DNA from: Alphaproteobacteria bacterium
GTDB lineage: Bacteria > Pseudomonadota > Alphaproteobacteria > CAAGCB01 > CAG-977
Direction of reading: 5' to 3'
Assembly (NCBI GenBank): GCA_900768845.1
Contig: CAAGEK010000025.1
Span: 778-64,777, forward strand
DNA: 64,000 bases
The position numbers were made by a program, and so were the translations under genes. Position 1 is the first letter of the stretch; every line of letters starts with the position of its first letter. Under the pieces are notes generated by a model. It worked only from the letters and a program-made list of their open reading frames with translations, was not told the DNA's origin and did not search any database. Below are positions 9,801 through 17,137 of this stretch, in pieces.

Positions 9801-10024
9801 TTCAGGAAACGCGCAAAAACAGCGGTTTTGACGTGTCCGACAGAATCGAAATCGTTTATGCGTCGGACGATGATCGGGTTTTGGAAGCTCTGAAAGAAAA
9901 CAGGGATTACATTTCCGAGCAGGTTTTGGCCGTTTCGTTTGAGGAAAAACCTTCCGTCGAAAATGCAAAGACGGAGGAAGTCGGCGATTCCCGAGTGGCT
10001 TTCGCCGTGAAAAAGTCGGCATAA
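6881..10024 (+). CDS. ileS: isoleucine--tRNA ligase, type 2 (eukaryote-like form)
   Basis: 1047 aa. The HIGH-region is PPFANGLPHYGH and the KMSKS variant is KLSKRLRN. No C-terminal CxxC zinc-knuckle pair typical of type 1 is present. Confidence 0.95.
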   Translation: MAEKVKHYPEIQAKADFPEIEREILAYWRENGTFEKSVQNRDAGKNGDNEYVFYDGPPFANGLPHYGHLVTGYVKDIVPRYQTMRGHRVDRRFGWDCHGLPAEMDTEKFLGFSGRDAITKFGIGKFNETCRERVLMYTKEWENTVTRQARWVDFSHDYKTMDLSYMESIIWAFKKLYDKGLMYEGVRVLPYSWAAETPVSNFETRMDNSYREREDPAVTVMFTLLPAAGEDKPVKMLAWTTTPWTLPSNLALAVGSDIDYALYEEDGVRYVIAEALAGKYKKELAKAQKVGSLKGKDLIGRRYEPLFDYFKDLPNCFQVIGADYVSVEDGTGIVHIAPGFGEDDLNATIPYNIPVVCPVDTKGRFTKKVPDYEGMQVFETNLPIIERLKKEGKLVRREQYRHSYPHCWRTDTPLIYKAINSWFVKVTDFRDRMVELNQQITWIPEHVKNGSFGKWLENARDWSISRMRFWGTPIPVWKSDDPRYPRTDVYGSIAELERDFGVKVTDLHRPFIDSLVRPNPDDPTGKSMMRRVEDVFDCWFESGSMPYAQVHYPFENKEWFENHFPADFIVEYLAQTRGWFYTLMVMSTALFDRPPFKTCLCHGVVLDENQQKLSKRLRNYPAPDEVFNTLGSDALRWFLVSSPILRGGNLSIDREGKEIAKASRKALIPLWNAFHFFCLYANAEGLKAGIVTKPSDVLDRYILAKLHDLIKGLTEKLDACDIVAACADVADFLEILNNWYIRRSRARFWSLDQGREAFDVLYTVLHTLAKVLAPLLPLTCEYIYRGLTGEESVHLTDWVDASMFAAEPELVSDMDFVRSVCSTAKAVREERKLRNRLPLASLTVAGEKAGRLADYVPLIEDEINVKQVVLERDVRALADYTLYVLTPVVGKRLGRFMKDILTASKTGEWSKNADGTLSIAGQTLNADEFELRLVLKEGAAGMALPDNTAVVVLDVTKHPELEREGIARDFVRVVQETRKNSGFDVSDRIEIVYASDDDRVLEALKENRDYISEQVLAVSFEEKPSVENAKTEEVGDSRVAFAVKKSA

Positions 10025-10030
10025 AAAAAG

Positions 10031-10060
10031 AAAGGGGCTTCGGATCTGCGAAGCCCCTTT
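10031..10060. terminator. bidirectional rho-independent terminator between ileS and the convergent gene
   Basis: GGGGCTTCG (10034-10042) pairs with CGAAGCCCC (10049-10057) around a 6-nt loop, with an A-run before and a T-run after. Confidence 0.8.
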
Positions 10061-10063
10061 TTC

Positions 10064-11143
10064 TTATTCAAGAATGACGACTTTCAACGCATTCCCGTTT
10101 TTGATAAGAGCTTTCGCTTCCGATGGTAAAAAGCTGAAATAACCGATACCGTCCAATTCGGGGGAAAGGCAGGCGACGGCATACGGCGCAGGCTTTTTGT
10201 AAAGTGCGTCCGAAGAGGGCAAAAGGCTTAAACGCTTAAAGACGGGCGTTTTCAATGCGAAACAGACGCCCGAACCGTCGGCCGCCGGCAGGAACGGCAT
10301 TCCGAAATCGGCCAGATATGTGAAATTCCGGAATTTTTGATTTTCAACGTCAAATACGGCGGAAAAAGCAGCTTGTCTTAACGGGACGACAGCCTTTTGA
10401 AACGCGTTTTCCGACGCTTGTCCGCCTTTTTCCGTCGTTCCGAACAGGTAAAACAAACGTTTGCCGGCCGGATGCGGAACAAAGGCTTCATATCTGTTTT
10501 CCGGCGGCAGAAAAAATACGTTTTCATAATCTTCCGAACGGGTGTTGTAAAAAATAAGGGCGGCGCGTCCCTGATATTCGCCCAACATGACCAGATCGCC
10601 GATTTTATTGATGTGGAAATCGATTAATCGGGAAAACAGGTTGAACGGACGTACGGATTTTATTTCCGTTCCGTCGGGATTCAAATGAGCCAGAAAATAC
10701 GCCCGTCCCTGCGGATTTTCCGGTACGGAATCCGGTTGGGGGGCGGACAGGGAGTTCGTGCGTCCGCTTATCCATAAAGTCCCGTTCGCGTCAACGCGTA
10801 GCCGTTCGGGAAAGTCGGCGGCAGATTCATTGGCATAGGTCAGAAATTCTTTGTTTTTTCCCGTGCGGTCGTATCTTGCCAACATGAAAGACGGGAAACG
10901 ATCGGGATGCTTTTTCGGGGCGTCCGGCGTGGCTTCGTCCAATCCCGAATACGGACGCGTTTGCACAGCCAGATGCACTTTTCCCGTCGCATCGACGTCA
11001 ACCGCCGCCGGACTGAAAGGAAAATATTTGGTGCGGATTCCGTCGCCGGACAAAGAAACCGTCGTCAGGGAAACGGAGGGATTTTGAGCAAAAGCCGGCA
11101 CGATGGAAAATAAAATCAAGCACGATAAAAAGGACAGATTCAT
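10064..11143 (-). CDS. secreted hypothetical protein (signal peptide; beta-rich)
   Basis: 359 aa. N-terminus MNLSFLSCLILFSIVPAFAQ is a signal peptide. I recognise no catalytic motif. Confidence 0.7.
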   Translation of the reverse strand: MNLSFLSCLILFSIVPAFAQNPSVSLTTVSLSGDGIRTKYFPFSPAAVDVDATGKVHLAVQTRPYSGLDEATPDAPKKHPDRFPSFMLARYDRTGKNKEFLTYANESAADFPERLRVDANGTLWISGRTNSLSAPQPDSVPENPQGRAYFLAHLNPDGTEIKSVRPFNLFSRLIDFHINKIGDLVMLGEYQGRAALIFYNTRSEDYENVFFLPPENRYEAFVPHPAGKRLFYLFGTTEKGGQASENAFQKAVVPLRQAAFSAVFDVENQKFRNFTYLADFGMPFLPAADGSGVCFALKTPVFKRLSLLPSSDALYKKPAPYAVACLSPELDGIGYFSFLPSEAKALIKNGNALKVVILE

Positions 11144-11229
11144 TTTTTAACCGCCGAAGAGTATGATGTTGCTCAAAGAATCTCATATTTTGAAAAAATT
11201 GTCTAAACGAAAATCGAAGCGGGGGCGAA

Positions 11230-12330
11230 ATGGGATTGAATCTGATAAAGCCGCAAGCGTTGAAAGCGGGTGACAGCGTTGCATCCGTATCTTTGTCTTG
11301 GGGCGGGGCGGGCGAAGTGCCTTATCGTTTTGAACGGGGGGCTTTGGCGTTGGAAGAGGCGTTCGGAATCAACGTCGTTCCCGCTCCGAATTCGTTGCGT
11401 CCCGATTGGGAATTGTACGACAATCCGCAATTAAGGCTGGACGATTTGATATGGGCGTTGGAAAATCCCGAAATCAAAGGGATTTTTTCAAATATCGGCG
11501 GAGACGACAGCATTCGTGTGGCTCAATTGGCCGACGAACGGGTGTTCAGGCTGATCAGGGAGCATCCGAAACCGTTTATCGGATTTTCCGACAGCACGGT
11601 GATCCACTATATGTTTTTAAAAGCCGGAGTCAGGTCGTTTTACGGCCCCTGCATTATGGGATATTGGGCTGACAACGGCGGAGTCAGGGATTATGTGCGC
11701 GACGGGGTTGAACGGGCTTTGTTTTCTTCCGCCCCGATCGGGGAACTGTATCCTGCGGGCGAATGGTCGATTGAAAAAATCGATTGGAGTGAAGAGCTGG
11801 CCGATTTGCCCAAAACGTACTATGAAGACCTGCCGCGGGAAACGGTGCAGGGGGAGTCCGCCGTCGAAGGCCGCTTGATCGGCGGGTGTATGGAAGTCCT
11901 TGAAATGCTCAAAGGCACGTTTTTGTGGCCGGAACCCGACGTTTGGAAAGGAGCCGTTTTGTTTTTGGAAGTGTCGGAAAACCATCCCGCCCCCGAATAC
12001 GTCCGGTATTGGCTCAGAAACTATGCGGCTCAGGGGATTTTGCAAAATGCCGCGGCCGTTTTGTTCGGCCGGCCGGGGGCGACGATCCGTTTTGATTCCG
12101 AAACGTATGAAGAAGAAGGCGAGGAATACCTTCATTCACTGGATTTATATGAAGAGGAACTGGCCGGCGTGTGTGCGGAATGCGGCCGTTCCGATATGCC
12201 GGTGATTTCACGGATGGATTTCGGGCACACTTTTCCTGCCATGACTTTGCCTTTCGGCGCACGCGTCAGGGTCGACCCCGAAAACCGCCGCGTCGACGTT
12301 TTGGAAAGCGGCGTGAAACCCCGCCGTTAA
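11230..12330 (+). CDS. LD-carboxypeptidase, peptidase S66 (LdcA/MccF-like)
   Basis: 366 aa with the nucleophile-elbow motif GFSDSTVIHY. Overall layout and length resemble MccF-type S66 enzymes. Confidence 0.75.
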   Translation: MGLNLIKPQALKAGDSVASVSLSWGGAGEVPYRFERGALALEEAFGINVVPAPNSLRPDWELYDNPQLRLDDLIWALENPEIKGIFSNIGGDDSIRVAQLADERVFRLIREHPKPFIGFSDSTVIHYMFLKAGVRSFYGPCIMGYWADNGGVRDYVRDGVERALFSSAPIGELYPAGEWSIEKIDWSEELADLPKTYYEDLPRETVQGESAVEGRLIGGCMEVLEMLKGTFLWPEPDVWKGAVLFLEVSENHPAPEYVRYWLRNYAAQGILQNAAAVLFGRPGATIRFDSETYEEEGEEYLHSLDLYEEELAGVCAECGRSDMPVISRMDFGHTFPAMTLPFGARVRVDPENRRVDVLESGVKPRR

Positions 12331-13382
12331 GGAGTGCGGGTTATTTTTGAATGATAGGGCAGGGGCTTGCTTCCTCTGCCTTTTTTCAGGTCTTCGATTT
12401 TTACGAACACGATTTTCCCGAGCGGAGTCATAACCTGAACCCATTCGGATTGAAAAAGAGTCCCCGTTATCCGGAGCGTCGTTTGCTCCTCCAGCATTTC
12501 GACAATGCCGCAATCCTTGCACGGAGCCTGATATGCGGGTGTTTGAAGGGCTTCGGTATGGAACAAAAGGGTTTCATCGGACGGATCGACTTTGATCGGC
12601 ATGACGGGCAAATGCTTGTAATCCGCCACGTCGAAAACCTGCAACCTGACGGCGGCTTGGCGGAGGGAGGGGGTGAAAATCACGGCGGATGCGACGATTA
12701 CTGCCGCAAATAAGGGAAAATAAACTCGCAAAACATCCGTCCACCGGATTTTCCAATAATCGTCGTCTTGGCGTTTCGGCGTGTCCGGCAAAGCGGACAG
12801 AAAAGCGTCGATTCCGGCTCTTTGCGCGCTGGTTTGCGCAAACGATTTGGCTTGAACCGCCAGAAAACGCGCCAGATCGGGGCGGTTTTCACAACGGAAC
12901 GCCGCCGCGTTTTGCATTAAAATTTCAACGTTCCCGTCGAACGGTTTTTCTCCGACGGCCAGATTGTTGCGTAACGCTTTTATTGTCCGCCAAGGGTGGA
13001 AAAAGATATGCCTCCAATTTGTCAAAGCCGACCGCAGTTGCTGTTTCGACGCACAAGGACGGCAAAATACGCCGGATCGGAAAACGCCCCCTTCGTCAAA
13101 CAGGATATAACGCGGCTGTTTCGCGTGAATGCCGCAAACATGGCACGGAACAAAGCCGTCGTTTCCCGTGCGCGGCCTGTCGTAAGCCTTTCGCGCTTCG
13201 GGATTGCTCAAAACGCGGTAAGCTTCGTTCAGGCGCAAATATTTTTCTGCCGCACCGTCTTCCTGATTCCGGTCGGGATGGTATATTTTCACCAAACGGC
13301 GATAGGCGGCTTTGATTTCGTCGCCGTCCGCATTTTCGGGAACCCCCAGAAGGGCATAAAATCCTTTGGCGTCTTTGCTCAA
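12327..13382 (-). CDS. J-domain (DnaJ-like) membrane protein with C-terminal SH3-like domain
   Basis: J domain FYALLGVPENADGDEIKAAYRRLVKIYHPDRN, an internal TM helix (VYFPLFAAVIVASAVIF) and a TTG start overlapping the upstream TGA (GTTTGAGC). Confidence 0.8.
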   Translation of the reverse strand: MSKDAKGFYALLGVPENADGDEIKAAYRRLVKIYHPDRNQEDGAAEKYLRLNEAYRVLSNPEARKAYDRPRTGNDGFVPCHVCGIHAKQPRYILFDEGGVFRSGVFCRPCASKQQLRSALTNWRHIFFHPWRTIKALRNNLAVGEKPFDGNVEILMQNAAAFRCENRPDLARFLAVQAKSFAQTSAQRAGIDAFLSALPDTPKRQDDDYWKIRWTDVLRVYFPLFAAVIVASAVIFTPSLRQAAVRLQVFDVADYKHLPVMPIKVDPSDETLLFHTEALQTPAYQAPCKDCGIVEMLEEQTTLRITGTLFQSEWVQVMTPLGKIVFVKIEDLKKGRGSKPLPYHSKITRTP

Positions 13383-15289
13383 ACCAAAACCCCCCGTTTT
13401 GCCGGTGCGTTTCCGTCTTCGGGACGCAGGTCGATGAATTCATCCGTTTTGTCGATTTTCAAATTGCCCGCATAGGACAAAGCGTCCAACGTTTTGAAAA
13501 ACAACTCCCCGACCGTCGGTGCAAACTCGGACGGCATTACGCTTTGATGGCGGATTGTCAGGTCGAAACGGCGGTTTTGCCGTCCGGCCAGTCCTTCCAT
13601 TTGGATTTTGCCCAAACGTGACAAAGACATATCCAAAACAAAGCGCACGGCGTTTCGAGGGGCGGCATGGCGTTCTTTTCGGCCGGATTCTTCGGGCGGA
13701 CGCTGTAAAAACAGGGAAACGGGCTCGACGATGTTTCCCGATAACAACGGAATATCCCAGCCGTGCCAAGACGTTCGTCCGTCCGTCATTTTTTTCGCCG
13801 ACGTTGAAAACTCGCGTTCCAACCGTTTTAGAACGGCCTCTCCCGACGGGATTTTTTGTATCGCCGCGACGTTCGCTTCGCCCAGCCATACGCGCAAAGG
13901 AACGTTTTGCGCCGCCGCGTTCATAAACGACAGCATCAATGCCGGCAGTTTGTTTCCCGTTGCGGGCAGGATTTCCTTCACGGCTTTGAAAGCGGTTTCG
14001 TCAACCCGTTTTAACGAGTCCAGCGCAAATTTTAAAACCGTCCACATATTCCGTTCCGTTTTTACGGAAGCGTCGTCGGAAAAAAACGGTTCTTCGACGG
14101 CCGTAATTTGAATTGTCAAAGGCAGAAGCGGCGGGAGTTTCACTTTATCGTTCAAAGCCAAAATCCCGACTTTCGTCGCGATCAGCATCGGTTCGTCGTT
14201 CGAAACGGAAAAAGGGACGCCTTTTAACGTCAGGTCGGGTTTTAAAAGGGGGAAGTCCTGCCGTTCTTCCTTTTCGGCGGGGGAAGCGGTTTCATTTTCC
14301 TGCAACGACGGAACGGGGGGAGGGGGATTCGTTTTGACCGGCGTGTTTTGAACGGCGGTTTCGGGGGCTTTTTTCAGTAAAACGGGGGAAAACGCATCGG
14401 AGGCGTTTTCAGCCTTTGCAGGATTTTCGGGAATTTTCAAAGCCGTTTCAATGACTTCGTCCTGCATTTGTTTTACGAAAACGGCACTTTTTTCATTTTG
14501 TAATAAAGTTACATTTTTGATAATGCCGTTTTCGGAAGAAACTTCGGCGTCGGGCGGAAAAATATTGTTTTGCGTCGGATTGAGTGATGCCGGTTTTTCT
14601 TTCACGCCGGTTTTTTGAAGTGCGGGAAACAAGGCGTCCGGAACGTTTTCCGGTTTTTCCGTTCGGGAAACGGTCGAAGCCTGTTTTTCGCCGACGTTTA
14701 CGTTTCCTTCGGGCTGATTCGGGGCAAAGGAATCCTCTTTCGCCGGATTTTCCCCTTCATCGGGCAAGATGATGAAAGAAATTTTCGTGTTAAAGGGGAT
14801 TTGCCGTCCGGATGCTTCAAACAGGATCGGAGCGATTTCTTGCGGTAAATTTTCAACGGCTTGAGGCGGAAGGGCGTTCAGGAAAGAACCTTGTAAAACG
14901 GGGGGGCGGAGTGCCGGCGGAGCGGCTTGTCCCGAGAGGACGGCCGGTTCCTCGCGCACAGGGGGTAAGGCCGTTTTCGGCAAGGTTTTGATTTGCACTT
15001 TTAATGCGTTTTCAAACGGCGTTTCAATGATTTTCAGGGAAACCGGCGTTTGAACCGCTACGGGACGGTTTACTCCAGCCGGAATTTCCAACGTTTTTCC
15101 GTCGGGCAGGGTTACTGACACAACAGGCGGTTTCGCCGCCGTTTCAGGGGGGAGCAACATTCCCTCCAATACCGTTTCCGGCGCAAGGGCGGCCAATTCT
15201 GCGGGAACGGCGGGGACGACGACTTCCAACGCCGTCAACGGCGGGGATTGAACGGCAAAAGAAGGCGGAAGCGAAACGGAACTGCTCAT
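13379..15289 (-). CDS. proline-rich flagellar-operon protein with FliK-like C-terminal segment (tentative)
   Basis: 636 aa with a Pro-rich N-terminal half. The C-terminal VRFVLDMSLSRLGKIQMEGL...TLDALSYAGNLKI parallels ININLKPKELGNIQVRLE...LKQALAEAGLK of the bona fide FliK in this window. Confidence 0.5.
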   Translation of the reverse strand: MSSSVSLPPSFAVQSPPLTALEVVVPAVPAELAALAPETVLEGMLLPPETAAKPPVVSVTLPDGKTLEIPAGVNRPVAVQTPVSLKIIETPFENALKVQIKTLPKTALPPVREEPAVLSGQAAPPALRPPVLQGSFLNALPPQAVENLPQEIAPILFEASGRQIPFNTKISFIILPDEGENPAKEDSFAPNQPEGNVNVGEKQASTVSRTEKPENVPDALFPALQKTGVKEKPASLNPTQNNIFPPDAEVSSENGIIKNVTLLQNEKSAVFVKQMQDEVIETALKIPENPAKAENASDAFSPVLLKKAPETAVQNTPVKTNPPPPVPSLQENETASPAEKEERQDFPLLKPDLTLKGVPFSVSNDEPMLIATKVGILALNDKVKLPPLLPLTIQITAVEEPFFSDDASVKTERNMWTVLKFALDSLKRVDETAFKAVKEILPATGNKLPALMLSFMNAAAQNVPLRVWLGEANVAAIQKIPSGEAVLKRLEREFSTSAKKMTDGRTSWHGWDIPLLSGNIVEPVSLFLQRPPEESGRKERHAAPRNAVRFVLDMSLSRLGKIQMEGLAGRQNRRFDLTIRHQSVMPSEFAPTVGELFFKTLDALSYAGNLKIDKTDEFIDLRPEDGNAPAKRGVLV

Positions 15290-15315
15290 TCGGCTTCTCC
15301 CGACGACGGTTGTGT

Positions 15316-16131
15316 CTATCCCTGTTCCCCGTTCAAGCGTGCGGCGACGGCTAAAACGTCTTCGGCGGCTTCGGTGGCGGGATGGCGGATCAAAATGGGC
15401 GTTTGGTTGCGGATGGAATCACGGACGCGGGTATCGCGGCGGATGACGCCGGCCAAAGGCGGGGAAATCCTTAAAAAGCCCTGACACGCTTTTAACAGGG
15501 TTGCATACGTTCTTTCCCCTTCGCGGGCGGAATTGGCCGAATTGACGACAATCCGGATGTTCGGCTGGCTTTGTTCCATGCACAGCATTTTGATGAAGGC
15601 GTAAGCATCCGTCAAGGAAGTCGGTTCGTCCGTGCAAACCATCAGCAACGTGGCGGCGGAGGAGGCGAACATCCGGACGGGTTTTTCGACGCCTGCGCCC
15701 AAATCGACGATCACGCGGTCGTATCCGCCCGCCAAAATGCGCAGATCGTCGTTGATCAGTTGCAAGCGGCTGATCGGCACGTTTGCCAGACTGCCCGATC
15801 CCGACCGTCCCGCGATAATGTCGAATCCGCCCGCCGGAAACGGTGTTACGGCTTGGTTCAACGTGATTTTTCCGGCAATGACGCTGCCCAAATCGTGTGC
15901 AGGCATCAATCCCAGCTGGATGTCGATGTTCGCCAAGCCCAAATCGCCGTCGAACAACAGCGTTTTCAGCCCGCTGCGCGCCAAAGCGTTGGCCAGCGTA
16001 ATTGAAAACCACGTTTTGCCGACGCCGCCTTTCCCCGATGCGACGGCGATCATGTTTCTGGCTTGCGGCTTTGATATTTTCCGCGGCGCAAGAGCCAGCT
16101 GGGGCATGGATGTTTGCGGTGTTGTGTTCAT
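15316..16131 (-). CDS. flhG: MinD/ParA-type flagellar number regulator FlhG (FleN)
   Basis: Deviant Walker A IAVASGKGGVGKTWFS. It follows flhF with an ATGA overlap. Confidence 0.88.
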   Translation of the reverse strand: MNTTPQTSMPQLALAPRKISKPQARNMIAVASGKGGVGKTWFSITLANALARSGLKTLLFDGDLGLANIDIQLGLMPAHDLGSVIAGKITLNQAVTPFPAGGFDIIAGRSGSGSLANVPISRLQLINDDLRILAGGYDRVIVDLGAGVEKPVRMFASSAATLLMVCTDEPTSLTDAYAFIKMLCMEQSQPNIRIVVNSANSAREGERTYATLLKACQGFLRISPPLAGVIRRDTRVRDSIRNQTPILIRHPATEAAEDVLAVAARLNGEQG

Positions 16132-17105
16132 GGTTTTTTCCTTGTTTCAGGTTCACTTTCCTCTTCCGAGGACGACAATAGCAACCGTGCCAGAGAAACG
16201 GCGTTGATGGGGCAAAGGCCTCTGGCGACGTTGGGGCTCATGCTGGCTTCACAGATGGTCAGCCGTCCTCCCGCCGCCGCGGCAAGGACTCCGCCGAAGC
16301 GTCTGGCGGCGTCCAAACGCGTGGCCAACAGGTAAACGGCTCCGGCTTCGGCAAAGGATTCCGCCGTTTCCGAAGCTTCCACCGGATCGATCCCCGCGGG
16401 AACGGTCAAAACGGGCAATGCGTTCGACGCTTGCGCATACGAGGCCAGATAATCCATATCGTCGGGTTGAAACGGGTTCAGCCCCGGCATATCGATGAAA
16501 ATCAAGTCACAGGTGCGACGCAACGATTGGACATGGGAACGCAGATTGGAGGATGAACGCGCCTTTAACAGCGTCACATCCAAAATACTGGTGAACGCCG
16601 CCAGCTGTTCCGTCGCTCCGGCGCGGACGGAATCGGCGGCGATGATGCCGACTTTGCGTCCGGTCATACACGCTCGCGCCGCAAGTTTGGCTGTCGTGAC
16701 CGTCTTTCCCGAACCCGCGGGTCCCGTTATCATAAACGCCTGTCCCTTCATCCGTTCGGGTAACAGATGGAAATCGAAAACCGTGTCCAAAGCCGTTGCA
16801 AATGCGACCAGCCGGTCTTTTTTTCCGGCTTCCCTGATATGCGACAAAATCCGTTCGGACAAAAGCTCCGGAAGTCCGTGATATGCCAGAGCGCGCCGGA
16901 CGGCTTCCTGAATTTCCGTATGTTTCGGCGCGTTAAACGGGAAATCCTCGTCGGAAGCGGTTTCTTCGATCGCCGCGGTGACGCGGACGCCCGCGCCCGC
17001 CCCCAAACGCTGGGTGGAAATGATGATCGCGCTTTCCCCCAGTTCCTGACGCACTTTGTCCATGGCTTCGGACATTGCAGAGGCGGTATACGTTTTTATT
17101 TTCAT
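16128..17105 (-). CDS. flhF: flagellar biosynthesis SRP-type GTPase FlhF (short form)
   Basis: G1 is ITGPAGSGKTVTT, a G3-like motif is IDMPG and a G4-like motif is TRLD. It lies between flhA and flhG. Confidence 0.85.
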   Translation of the reverse strand: MKIKTYTASAMSEAMDKVRQELGESAIIISTQRLGAGAGVRVTAAIEETASDEDFPFNAPKHTEIQEAVRRALAYHGLPELLSERILSHIREAGKKDRLVAFATALDTVFDFHLLPERMKGQAFMITGPAGSGKTVTTAKLAARACMTGRKVGIIAADSVRAGATEQLAAFTSILDVTLLKARSSSNLRSHVQSLRRTCDLIFIDMPGLNPFQPDDMDYLASYAQASNALPVLTVPAGIDPVEASETAESFAEAGAVYLLATRLDAARRFGGVLAAAAGGRLTICEASMSPNVARGLCPINAVSLARLLLSSSEEESEPETRKKP

Positions 17106-17137
17106 TCGGTCGTCCGTTTGTTCATGAACGTTTATCC

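Noticed and set aside
12327-12330. Convergent genes sharing the palindromic TTAA as both stop codons (ldcA-like and the J-domain gene)
   Set aside because: This is real, but it is a trivial consequence of compact gene packing and gives no evidence of regulatory significance.
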